Notes: generated by a model not told the origin, from the letters alone. A DNA stretch of 32,216 nucleotides from an uncultured Candidatus Saccharibacteria bacterium (GCA_964368235.1 CAYIZY010000002.1:1-32216), one strand, 5' to 3'. Shown: positions 22,790 to 30,849, counted from the stretch's first letter. Numbers and translations are program-made.

Positions 22790-23878
22790 TTAAATTTCTG
22801 TCAAAGAACGACTTATTGTATTTCTTATCACGATATAAATTAATAGTAAAGCAAATCCGGTACCAGCGAACCATTCTGCATATGATCTTTTTTGGTGGCG
22901 ATCAATTATCTTATACTCTCCGGCTTGTTGATTAATAATTTCCTGATAGGAATTGTTAATTTTTTCCTGATTGAAACCACTAACAATAATCCCATTCCCA
23001 CCTGTCAATTTAATATAATTTAATAATTCAACATCTATTAACTCTACTGAAATAAGATAAAACCTGATGCCCATTTGCCGGCAAAGTGAAAGCAATTTAA
23101 AAACTGACATGACATTTCTGTCACCAGTGATAGGAAATATGCCATCTGTAAAGGCAATTATTGAAGAACCTGATATCTGCTCCTTAATAATAGGCATCTT
23201 ACTTGATGAAGAATAAGAATTTTCCAGACTAAAAGCTCCCGTACTTCCTTTTAGTCTGGCTCCTAAATTAGCAAACTCCTCATCCGACAAAAAAGATCCA
23301 CCAGATTCCTTATTCTTTTTTAAAATTAAATTTACACTGGCCCAAATTGCCTTGTTCATCTCTGTGCCTGAGTTAAGAGGCGGCCGAACTCTCCAGTCAA
23401 TTTGAAACATTTTATGTCTGATAAAATCATAATCTTCAACAAAATAAGAAACCACAAAGGGGTCATCCGAAAAAACAATCATACTAACGGAATCCTTACT
23501 GCTATCCGATCTTTTCAAATTTTCCAAAGTTTTTAAAAAAAGATCATTCGCTTTCAGTAGGGTTGTTAATTTCTTTCCCACACCATTCTTTTCATCATCA
23601 CCAACCATTGAACCCGAACCATCATTAACTAAGACATACTTATGGGTAATTAATTTCTTAAAACTTTCTTTATAACCTACTCTATAATCTACAGCCGCCA
23701 TTACAATTAGTACCCAGCCAATCCATTTCAAAAAAGAAGTAGGGGCTATTTTCTTAGCCCCTATAATCGCCTTCAAGTAAGAGTGCCGAAGAAAATATTT
23801 TGGCCTGCGCCATATCAATAAAGGCAAAACTAGCAAAAACAATAACAAAAACCACGGGTGTTCAAAGTTTTCAATCAT
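22790..23878 (-). CDS. BatA/BatB-like membrane protein with vWA domain
   Basis: 362 aa. The N-terminus FEHPWFLLLFLLVLPLLIW is BatA N-terminal type. It has the MIDAS motif DGSGSM and a C-terminal TM (FAGTGFALLLIYIVI). Confidence 0.8.
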   Translation of the reverse strand: MIENFEHPWFLLLFLLVLPLLIWRRPKYFLRHSYLKAIIGAKKIAPTSFLKWIGWVLIVMAAVDYRVGYKESFKKLITHKYVLVNDGSGSMVGDDEKNGVGKKLTTLLKANDLFLKTLENLKRSDSSKDSVSMIVFSDDPFVVSYFVEDYDFIRHKMFQIDWRVRPPLNSGTEMNKAIWASVNLILKKNKESGGSFLSDEEFANLGARLKGSTGAFSLENSYSSSSKMPIIKEQISGSSIIAFTDGIFPITGDRNVMSVFKLLSLCRQMGIRFYLISVELIDVELLNYIKLTGGNGIIVSGFNQEKINNSYQEIINQQAGEYKIIDRHQKRSYAEWFAGTGFALLLIYIVIRNTISRSLTEI

Positions 23879-25289
23879 TGGCCAACTCCTTTCGCTGACA
23901 AATTAGAATAAGAGACTTGATATTTGATATCAAAATCTCCATATCTTCAGAGCTGGGACGATCTTCATCTCGGTAAACTCTCTCCAATTCATTAGTAATA
24001 TCTTTTAAGAGCCTACTTGAAGTTAAATCAAAATGCTCCACAACGATTTTCAATTTTGATTCCATGTTTTGGTAATTTATTTTCCAATTAGGAATTGATA
24101 ATCTGGTAGAAGCAACCAAATTATTCAAATAAATATCGCTATCTATAACAATAGAATCTTTCTCCATCGATTTTATCCAATCAAGAACGGGTATCAAGAG
24201 GAAATGGTAGGAAATTAATACGGCCAAACAAAAACTAATCAAAGAAGCAATCGGCCGATAAGTCTCCCAATAACTAATAGTAGGTAATGCCGTATTAGAA
24301 ATAAGAAGCGAACTAGAATATTGATGGACCGGCTGAATATCCTCAATCGGAGGATCTATACCTTTCAACACACTGCTAATTTGAAATTTGCAGCCTTTAG
24401 TAGAAAATTGTTTTTCCGTCTTGCCGCTGCCGCTTATTTCGCTATAGGGAATTTTAATCTCTGGAAACGTAATTTCGCCTGTTTCTAAGTAAATAAATGG
24501 CCAAACAAAACTGACAATTCTCTCCATGTCTTTTTCTGTTTCAGTAATAACTGGCTTGTCCGCCCAGAACCAAATATCATCCGATAAAGCAAAGTCACCT
24601 TCGCCTAATTGGGGCATCAAATCTTTCAAGATAGTAATCTTTTTATCAAGAATGTGAATGTCGAGATGGAGAAATCTTTTATCTCCCAAACTATCAAGAC
24701 CCCCCGAAGTAACATACATGAAAACCTGCATTGACTCGTATATAGGATGAAACAATGGACGCGCCCATTTTACATAAGCAGAATCTTCGGCAATCAAATT
24801 TGCCAAAACAAAAATATTAGATGGCACTTTCAAATTACCAACAGACAATTCATAGACCCTGGGCGAAATTTCTGCCAACCTGATAATAGAAAAGTTTCCA
24901 AAATTGGCCAATCTTTTTTTTAAGAGATCAATTTCAACAGGTGACTTCGTTTCTAAAATTATAGAATTTCCTGGAATACATTCCTGGCCCTTCCACACAA
25001 TTACTGGCAAAACTCTCTCCGGAAAACTATTTAAAACCGACAAAACAAAATTTAGATATCCATCTTCAATAAAATCGATAACGAAATTTCCATTATCCAA
25101 TCTTTCAAATCCAGTAATACCTTCAAATTTACTTAATTGAGCAATTAGCAATTTATCAGGCTGAATAAATATTTTCGGACGCAATTCTAATCCAATCGCA
25201 ATACCTTTTTCGTCATAGCAATAAAAATCTCCTGAACGATAAGTAGTCTTATCCATCAAACACAGGAGACTGGCGAGTAAAAAAGTCAT
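23871..25289 (-). CDS. exported hypothetical protein with a C-terminal TM anchor and cytoplasmic tail (BatD-like topology only)
   Basis: 472 aa. It has a signal-like N-terminus (MTFLLASLLC), a large beta-rich ectodomain, a TM (IASLISFCLAVLISYHFLLIPVL) and then a helical tail of about 100 aa. It overlaps the next vWA gene by 8 nt. No motif is recognisable by eye. Confidence 0.45.
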   Translation of the reverse strand: MTFLLASLLCLMDKTTYRSGDFYCYDEKGIAIGLELRPKIFIQPDKLLIAQLSKFEGITGFERLDNGNFVIDFIEDGYLNFVLSVLNSFPERVLPVIVWKGQECIPGNSIILETKSPVEIDLLKKRLANFGNFSIIRLAEISPRVYELSVGNLKVPSNIFVLANLIAEDSAYVKWARPLFHPIYESMQVFMYVTSGGLDSLGDKRFLHLDIHILDKKITILKDLMPQLGEGDFALSDDIWFWADKPVITETEKDMERIVSFVWPFIYLETGEITFPEIKIPYSEISGSGKTEKQFSTKGCKFQISSVLKGIDPPIEDIQPVHQYSSSLLISNTALPTISYWETYRPIASLISFCLAVLISYHFLLIPVLDWIKSMEKDSIVIDSDIYLNNLVASTRLSIPNWKINYQNMESKLKIVVEHFDLTSSRLLKDITNELERVYRDEDRPSSEDMEILISNIKSLILICQRKELAND

Positions 25290-25329
25290 TCTATCTCCTT
25301 TCGGATTTCAAAGACGCTATCCCGATAGT

Positions 25330-25364
25330 AAAACAAAAAAACCGGTCCGACAACGGTCGGACCG
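25330..25364 (-). terminator. strong rho-independent terminator after the DUF58 gene
   Basis: On the minus strand CGGTCCGAC-CGTT-GTCGGACCG forms a 9-bp perfect stem, followed by GTTTTTTTGTTTT. It starts 2 nt after the stop codon. Confidence 0.8.
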
Positions 25365-25366
25365 AT

Positions 25367-26212
25367 TTAAACAATGTTTCTCAAAAAATATTTTATCAAA
25401 GGCATTAAAAACCTATCAGAATTAATATCAACAAACAAAGGCTCGCAATGACCATGACGAAGATTGTTTTCTAAATCTTCCCCAAAATAAATTTTGTTTT
25501 TAGAGGCCTTAATTAAAGCCGAAGATCTATTTGATTCAGCGTCTAAAAACCTGGCTTCAAAAGGTAAATCTTCCAACTGCCATTCGTTGTCGTCAATAAG
25601 GGCTAAAGCCAACAAACAATTATTCGATCCCACAGATAATTTCCTTAACGCATTTACAAAATCATTCCCCACCTCGAAACAAAAATCAGAAATTAAAACT
25701 ATAAGAGAATTGTTTAGATTCAAATTAATTACTCTTTCAAATGCCGATCGCCAGTCGGTGCCGTATTGCCGTGGCTCTTCCAATAAATAGAGAATGTTCG
25801 CGACTTCCTTTTCATTAACGGTTAATTCAATAAAATTGGTAATTGACTGGTCAAAAGTTAATAAACCTACTTTATCGCCAACATTTCCTGCCAAATGAGT
25901 CAGGTAAGCGCCGGCGGCGATTCCAACTTCTATCTTTAGTCTGTTTGAACCATAAAATTGAGATTTACTGACATCTAAAAGAATAAAAATATTCATGGAT
26001 TTTTCTGTGCTGCAGGCCCGCGACATAACGCGACCAGCTTTTAGACTAGCGGCGCTATCTAAACGCTTATCACCCGGAACATAATCCCTAACAGTGTCAA
26101 TTTCACCAACCACGTCTTTTAGCAAACTGCGATGAATACCAGAACCGAATTGGTTGATCGCTTTTTTAACTAAAGGGTCGAGTAAATGAAATCTATTTCT
26201 TTTCTTTTTCAT
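25367..26212 (-). CDS. DUF58 family (vWA-like) protein
   Basis: 281 aa. It has the DUF58 signature VRDYVPGDKRLDSAASLKAG and the vWA-like ILLDVSKSQ. ATGA overlaps moxR, the canonical MoxR-DUF58 pairing. Confidence 0.85.
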   Translation of the reverse strand: MKKKRNRFHLLDPLVKKAINQFGSGIHRSLLKDVVGEIDTVRDYVPGDKRLDSAASLKAGRVMSRACSTEKSMNIFILLDVSKSQFYGSNRLKIEVGIAAGAYLTHLAGNVGDKVGLLTFDQSITNFIELTVNEKEVANILYLLEEPRQYGTDWRSAFERVINLNLNNSLIVLISDFCFEVGNDFVNALRKLSVGSNNCLLALALIDDNEWQLEDLPFEARFLDAESNRSSALIKASKNKIYFGEDLENNLRHGHCEPLFVDINSDRFLMPLIKYFLRNIV

Positions 26213-27306
26213 GATGAGATTGCCTTTTCAACAAGAGTTTTGAGAACATATTCTCTCAATTTTGTTTTATTTTTATACTTAGTATCGTCTCTGCTTATTA
26301 ACGTGTAAACAGCTGATTCTTCAAGCATCAGTCTAATGCGTAAAACATCAGCGGCAACACTATAAACATCTCTAGGCAAAATATAGGCCCGGCGATTCCA
26401 AACCGCCTCCATCATTGCCGCTCCAACTAAATGCAACATCGCTCGATCATTGACTGGAGGACTTTGTTTAAACAACTGCTCTGTGAGCAAACTCAATTCT
26501 TCAGCAAAAAGATTATATCTTTCCGGATGATTGGCTAGATTCATAACCTTAACGCAACAGCTTTTTGCCTCATCAGAAATATAAAAGTTTGATTCGTCAA
26601 AAAAAAATTCTCTTACTTCATTTATTTGGTCAATTTTAGCCAACGGTTTAAATAATCTTGGTTCGAAATTTCTAGTTCGAGATTCAATAAGAAGTTTTTC
26701 CGCATCAGATGTTTCTTGAGTAATTAAACAAAACATAAATCGATCAGACAAAGCCTCTGCTAATTCTGAAGTTCCTTTTTGTTCGGTCGGATTTTGAGTG
26801 GCCAAACAGAAAAACGGCTTAACCAATTTATAAGTTTTACCCCCAATAGTAACATCACCTTCAGCTAAAGCCTGATTAAAAGCAGCCTGGACTTTTGGTG
26901 GCCACCGATTTATTTCATCAGCTAAAAGGACATTGCAAAAGATTGGCCCTTTAATCGTTTTTACGTCACCAGTCAATAAAATAAATTCACAACCAGTAAT
27001 ATCGCTTGGTATACCATCAGGTACGCCTTGCACGCGATTATTTTCACCGGCCAATAAACAAGAAATCGCTTTACATAAAACCGTTTTGCCAGTTCCAGTT
27101 GGCCCTTCGCATAAAATATGACCAGAGCCTAAAAATCTTGTTCCGGAAGAATCAAAATCTCTTTGCCCCACGGCAAACAATCCTTGCACCACTCTTCTAA
27201 TAACATGCTTTTGACCAACCATAATCATAGACAATCCATCTTCAATAGGTTTAATAATATTAGTAAAATAATATTCATGTTTGTTTGTCCAAGTGCTTTT
27301 TGACAT
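26209..27306 (-). CDS. MoxR-family AAA+ ATPase
   Basis: SD AAAGGAGAAG precedes the ATG at 27306. It has Walker A GPTGTGKT, Walker B LLADEINR, and QNPTEQKGTSELAEALSDRF typical of MoxR (AAA_3). Confidence 0.93.
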   Translation of the reverse strand: MSKSTWTNKHEYYFTNIIKPIEDGLSMIMVGQKHVIRRVVQGLFAVGQRDFDSSGTRFLGSGHILCEGPTGTGKTVLCKAISCLLAGENNRVQGVPDGIPSDITGCEFILLTGDVKTIKGPIFCNVLLADEINRWPPKVQAAFNQALAEGDVTIGGKTYKLVKPFFCLATQNPTEQKGTSELAEALSDRFMFCLITQETSDAEKLLIESRTRNFEPRLFKPLAKIDQINEVREFFFDESNFYISDEAKSCCVKVMNLANHPERYNLFAEELSLLTEQLFKQSPPVNDRAMLHLVGAAMMEAVWNRRAYILPRDVYSVAADVLRIRLMLEESAVYTLISRDDTKYKNKTKLREYVLKTLVEKAISS

Positions 27307-27385
27307 TATTCTTCTCCTTTTGGGTTGTAAAAGGTCTGTGTCCATACTACACTAAAATTAGTTTTCTTTGAAAAGGGGGTGAGTC

Positions 27386-28411
27386 ATGATTTTGAATTTA
27401 CTACTTGCTCTGTTACTGGGAAATAATAATCATTCAACTGTATTAATAGATCTTTCCTACTATGAACATAGAAAAGACGATGATGGAGTTCAGTATCATT
27501 TTAAAAATTGGATAAAAAGCACGGGATTTATATATAAAGACGAAGACGGAATATGGATTTTGAGCGCTGCACATATTATTCCTTACGATTCTAATCATTT
27601 GGTTGAAGGTTCAACTTTTGCCTCTTTTAATCCAGAGCTAAAACACGATCCAGAAAAAATAGAATTCGTTGCCTATGATAGAAAAATAGATATATCATTA
27701 TTTAAATTTGTTGACCAAGAATCAGTAAAAAATCTGCCTTATGTAAAGTTAGGCTCATCTGAAGATTTAGAAATAGGACAAGAAGTACTAGCTATCGGCC
27801 ATCCGTGGCCTATAAAATTCGCGACCACAAAAGGACACATTAACAGTGTAAGTTTTATTGGCTTTGCGATACATGAAGATCAACCAAATTTTTTAGTTCA
27901 TAGTTGTATGATTAATTCTGGCAGTTCCGGCGGGCCATTGTTTAATTTGCTTAATGAGGTAATTGGAATAAACGTAATGAATTTTGAGAGACCCAATGTT
28001 TTTAATTTAGCTGTACCAATTGATGATGTAAAATTTCTTCTGCCAAAACTTAAAAAAGGCGGGGAGATAAAACACCAAAAAGTTGGTCTAATTGGTTTTG
28101 CCCATAGCTTTATGCTATCTGATGAAGATTTAATTGATTTAGATATCGATCCGAGACCAAAAATAAAAGGTATTATAATAATCGGGGTCAAAGAAGATTC
28201 TCTACCCAATATCGCAGGATTTCAAAAAGGCGACATAGTTATTTCCTGCAACGGAAAAAAACCAAAAGACTTAGTTGATTTTTTTAAAATGGTTTATTTG
28301 AAAGCTGAACCTTATGAAATTTTAAAAATAGAAATTGACCGATACGGACAGACAATAATCTTGCCTCTTTTATTATTTGATCCACTAGAAAAAGAGGTGG
28401 AAATTGATTAA
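27386..28411 (+). CDS. HtrA/DegP-type trypsin-like serine protease with one PDZ domain
   Basis: 341 aa. The catalytic triad contexts are SAAHII, IDISLFKF and NSGSSGGPLFN. The C-terminal PDZ is GIIIIGVKEDSLPNIAGFQKGDIVISCNG. It has a short hydrophobic N-terminus and is divergent from moxR. Confidence 0.85.
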   Translation: MILNLLLALLLGNNNHSTVLIDLSYYEHRKDDDGVQYHFKNWIKSTGFIYKDEDGIWILSAAHIIPYDSNHLVEGSTFASFNPELKHDPEKIEFVAYDRKIDISLFKFVDQESVKNLPYVKLGSSEDLEIGQEVLAIGHPWPIKFATTKGHINSVSFIGFAIHEDQPNFLVHSCMINSGSSGGPLFNLLNEVIGINVMNFERPNVFNLAVPIDDVKFLLPKLKKGGEIKHQKVGLIGFAHSFMLSDEDLIDLDIDPRPKIKGIIIIGVKEDSLPNIAGFQKGDIVISCNGKKPKDLVDFFKMVYLKAEPYEILKIEIDRYGQTIILPLLLFDPLEKEVEID

Positions 28412-28415
28412 ATAT

Positions 28416-28447
28416 TAAAAAATCTGCCGCGGATGGCAGATTTTTAT
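28416..28447. terminator. bidirectional terminator between convergent genes
   Basis: AAAAAATCTGCC-GCGGAT-GGCAGATTTTTAT has a 7-bp GC-containing stem flanked by an A-run and a T-run. Confidence 0.7.
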
Positions 28448-28448
28448 A

Positions 28449-29057
28449 TTAATTAGCTCTTTCAGCATATTTAAAATTTCTTTTTTCTTGTTCTAGGTCA
28501 GAATTACATACATGTCCATAACCACAGGCGTGGATATATTCATGAATAGATACAAAGTGATGATAATTGGGATGTAGTGTAACAAAAATCAAATCCGTAT
28601 TCGGTTCATACATTCCAATCAGCCACATTGCGCCCTCTTTATAAGTTCCGTCTTTATCACAAGTATAAGCATTAGGGTGCCAAAAATAAGTGAATCCATC
28701 TGAATTAATAACCGGCTTTAAGGGAAAACTAAATTTCAATCCATTAATCTCTCGCGTATTTTGTCTACTATCTCTCATTTTTTGTCGGGCAAGGGGAAGT
28801 TCCTTTTCTATCTCCAAAAAAATTTCTATACATTCATTATAAAAACGATTATTATCCATCGGAATATTGGTCAAACTAAATCCTAAACGAGAATATAATT
28901 TTAATCGCTTATTATTGTCATAAAGATCATATTTTATCATTTCAGCAACACGATTTCCGTTTTTGTCTTCAATCCAATCACCGATAATCTGATATTTATT
29001 TAGTTCATTAAGGCCGTCAGAAAAAATCAAAACAAAAAACAGCGAAGAAGCGATCAT
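28449..29057 (-). CDS. small exported protein with zincin motif HEYIHACGYGH (HExxHxxGxxH)
   Basis: 202 aa. SD AAGGAG lies upstream and the N-terminus is signal-like (MIASSLFFVLIFS). An HExxHxxGxxH motif sits 20 aa from the C-terminus. No Met-turn is visible, so metzincin membership is uncertain. Confidence 0.55.
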   Translation of the reverse strand: MIASSLFFVLIFSDGLNELNKYQIIGDWIEDKNGNRVAEMIKYDLYDNNKRLKLYSRLGFSLTNIPMDNNRFYNECIEIFLEIEKELPLARQKMRDSRQNTREINGLKFSFPLKPVINSDGFTYFWHPNAYTCDKDGTYKEGAMWLIGMYEPNTDLIFVTLHPNYHHFVSIHEYIHACGYGHVCNSDLEQEKRNFKYAERAN

Positions 29058-29115
29058 TTGAAAACTCCTTATTTATTTGTGAAGCTAAACTATTTTCACC
29101 TTATCTCTTTAATTG

Positions 29116-29817
29116 CTAAAAATCAATACAAGGATTTTCATCTTCTGAATTAGAAGACTCGCTAAACAATCCAAAAGCGCTTTTAGTAGAAATTTTTTTA
29201 CATTGAGGAACGGTCAGCGCAAATTTTTTTAGTTTTTCTGGAGAATTAATACGACATGAATCATATTCAAATATCTTTTTAGGATAAGAAGGGCCTAAAA
29301 CTTCCTGACAATTGGCTCTCCTCTTACCGCATTGAGGAACGGGTATCGGCCTAACAGGACAATTAGGAGTTTCTTCTTCGCATCTGTTCCATTTTATTAT
29401 TTTTCCGCGAGAACAACGATGATCTACGACACACTCCCCCGGATGGGGACATTTTTTAGCTTGATAATTTTTATCAACGCAGACCATCCGCGAGGAACCC
29501 GGTTTGTTGCCTACGAATTGCTTGCAAATTTCTCCTTCATTACACGTACTGCCGTCATCTCCCCCTCCCCTCCAACTGGGAAAAGTACAACTCTTAAAAG
29601 GGGGTTTATTAGGATGGCACTGCAACAAACTACTATCTTTGATCTTGCACTTTACCTCCTCTGATTGACTGCCACATGACTCACCAATAACACCGCCTTC
29701 CGCTTTACATATTTTGGGTAATTTACATTCAATACGATAACCATGAGTAGCAAAAGAAGTATTCACAGAAAACAAACAAATTAATAGAAACGAAACTGTA
29801 AAAAATAATCTTTTCAT
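29116..29817 (-). CDS. secreted cysteine-rich hypothetical protein
   Basis: 233 aa. The signal peptide is MKRLFFTVSFLLICLFSVNTSFA. There are 19 Cys in the mature part, spaced every 5-15 residues. No family is recognised. Confidence 0.7.
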   Translation of the reverse strand: MKRLFFTVSFLLICLFSVNTSFATHGYRIECKLPKICKAEGGVIGESCGSQSEEVKCKIKDSSLLQCHPNKPPFKSCTFPSWRGGGDDGSTCNEGEICKQFVGNKPGSSRMVCVDKNYQAKKCPHPGECVVDHRCSRGKIIKWNRCEEETPNCPVRPIPVPQCGKRRANCQEVLGPSYPKKIFEYDSCRINSPEKLKKFALTVPQCKKISTKSAFGLFSESSNSEDENPCIDF

Positions 29818-29845
29818 TAATATAATTATATCACAAAATTATCCA
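29815..29845. repeat. 31-bp perfect direct repeat, copy 1 (contains an extended -10 promoter and the ATG of the Cys-rich gene)
   Basis: CATTAATATAATTATATCACAAAATTATCCA is identical to 30815-30845. On the minus strand it reads TGGATAATTTTGTGATATAAT-TATATTA-ATG. Confidence 0.95.
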
Positions 29846-29972
29846 CACACTAACTTTTGCGGCCGCAAGAAATGGGATAGTGAACAAGTTTAAATTTTTT
29901 TGTCAAAATTGGCTTTTTGGCGATGAGCTGCTAACATTCCTACCAGTCGTACCTTGAAAGGGGGAATCGATT

Positions 29973-30608
29973 ATGGAACGCTTTATTTTTAACGTCGAGC
30001 ATTGGCGGCGATTTTATCGAGCCAATATTTCTCGAACGCTCGTCGAGTTGGCGGCGATTTTTCCCTGGAGCGACGAGGTGCTCAATGGGCCGTGTCCCTT
30101 CAATAAAAACAAGCGAGTCAAAGAAACCCACCTCGCTTTTTTTGGTATGCCCACATTGATCAAGAAGCGATTAACGGTAATGGCACTCCAGCGCCTGCAT
30201 CCGCCTTCGGATCAACCAAGATTCTATTTTAGTCACAATCCTGAATATGCGCAGTGGCCTTATGCTAATGAAACCACCTGTGAAGCGCGTTGGCATCTAG
30301 TGTTAAAAAATATTGTGCCTGGTTCGACTCAAACTACCGCTCGCCATCAAGAGGCGTTGTTGCCATTCGAATACGAAATACCCACCACCATTGAAGAGGT
30401 TACCAAAGACATTCTTTGTTTTAAACTGACTCGAGCTAGACCCAATCCTCGATTATGGGCCAGATGTCGGGAAAAGCGTAGCGATGATCACTTGGCTTGC
30501 GCTGGACATTTTAATCGGAATGGCTTGGGCATCAGTTATTGGTGTGGCGCGGCCATCAATGGAGTGGGCCTGGGCGCTTCTCGAAAATTAGAATCTCGGT
30601 TAAGTTAA
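29973..30608 (+). CDS. hypothetical protein (Trp/Arg-rich, compositionally foreign)
   Basis: 211 aa. SD AAAGGGGG lies 8 nt upstream of the ATG. G+C is clearly higher than in all neighbours. No motif is recognisable by eye. Confidence 0.6.
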   Translation: MERFIFNVEHWRRFYRANISRTLVELAAIFPWSDEVLNGPCPFNKNKRVKETHLAFFGMPTLIKKRLTVMALQRLHPPSDQPRFYFSHNPEYAQWPYANETTCEARWHLVLKNIVPGSTQTTARHQEALLPFEYEIPTTIEEVTKDILCFKLTRARPNPRLWARCREKRSDDHLACAGHFNRNGLGISYWCGAAINGVGLGASRKLESRLS

Positions 30609-30713
30609 GACGGACTGTTTCCTAAATAGATAATCTTTAACAAAGAAGACTGAAAGTGTCTTTAATAATCGCAATGCCACCAAAAACTGTGGCTGCGGCG
30701 AGTCCTTTGGCGT

Positions 30714-30750
30714 TTAAAAAACCTGGCAAAAACTAGGTTTTTGATTTTTA
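30714..30750. terminator. bidirectional-looking terminator inside the insert
   Basis: AAAAAACCTGG-CAAAAA-CTAGGTTTTTGATTTTT has a 7-bp stem with one mismatch, with an A-run upstream and a T-run downstream. Confidence 0.5.
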
Positions 30751-30814
30751 GCCTCCCAATAACTGTTTAAAAAATTGTTCCTTGCTCTACCTCCCATGGG
30801 AAAGATCATTTTTA

Positions 30815-30845
30815 CATTAATATAATTATATCACAAAATTATCCA
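30815..30845. repeat. 31-bp perfect direct repeat, copy 2 (4 nt from the 3' end of tRNA-Ala)
   Basis: It is identical to 29815-29845 and the copies start exactly 1,000 nt apart. Here the ATG is followed at once by TAA. Confidence 0.95.
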
Positions 30846-30849
30846 TTAG

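Larger units (their letters stand above)
29846..30814. mobile_element. GC-rich insert of 969 bp bounded by the 31-bp direct repeats (possible integrated element or insertion scar)
   Basis: There is a composition jump. Hand counts are 24/60 and 38/60 G+C in two lines inside the insert, against 12/60 in the line just left of it. The insert has a single 211-aa ORF and a GCGGCCGC site at 29859-29866. No recombinase was recognised. Confidence 0.3.

Noticed and set aside
28449-29057. Calling the 202-aa protein a bona fide metzincin
   Set aside because: HExxHxxGxxH is present, but only 20 residues follow it and there is no downstream Met-turn. It is kept only as a zincin-motif protein.
7719-29847. 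DnaA-box 9-mers as a replication origin
   Set aside because: The four boxes are 4-9 kb apart, not clustered. There is no dnaA or dnaN, no AT-rich unwinding element with multiple adjacent boxes, and no strand switch of gene orientation at any of them.
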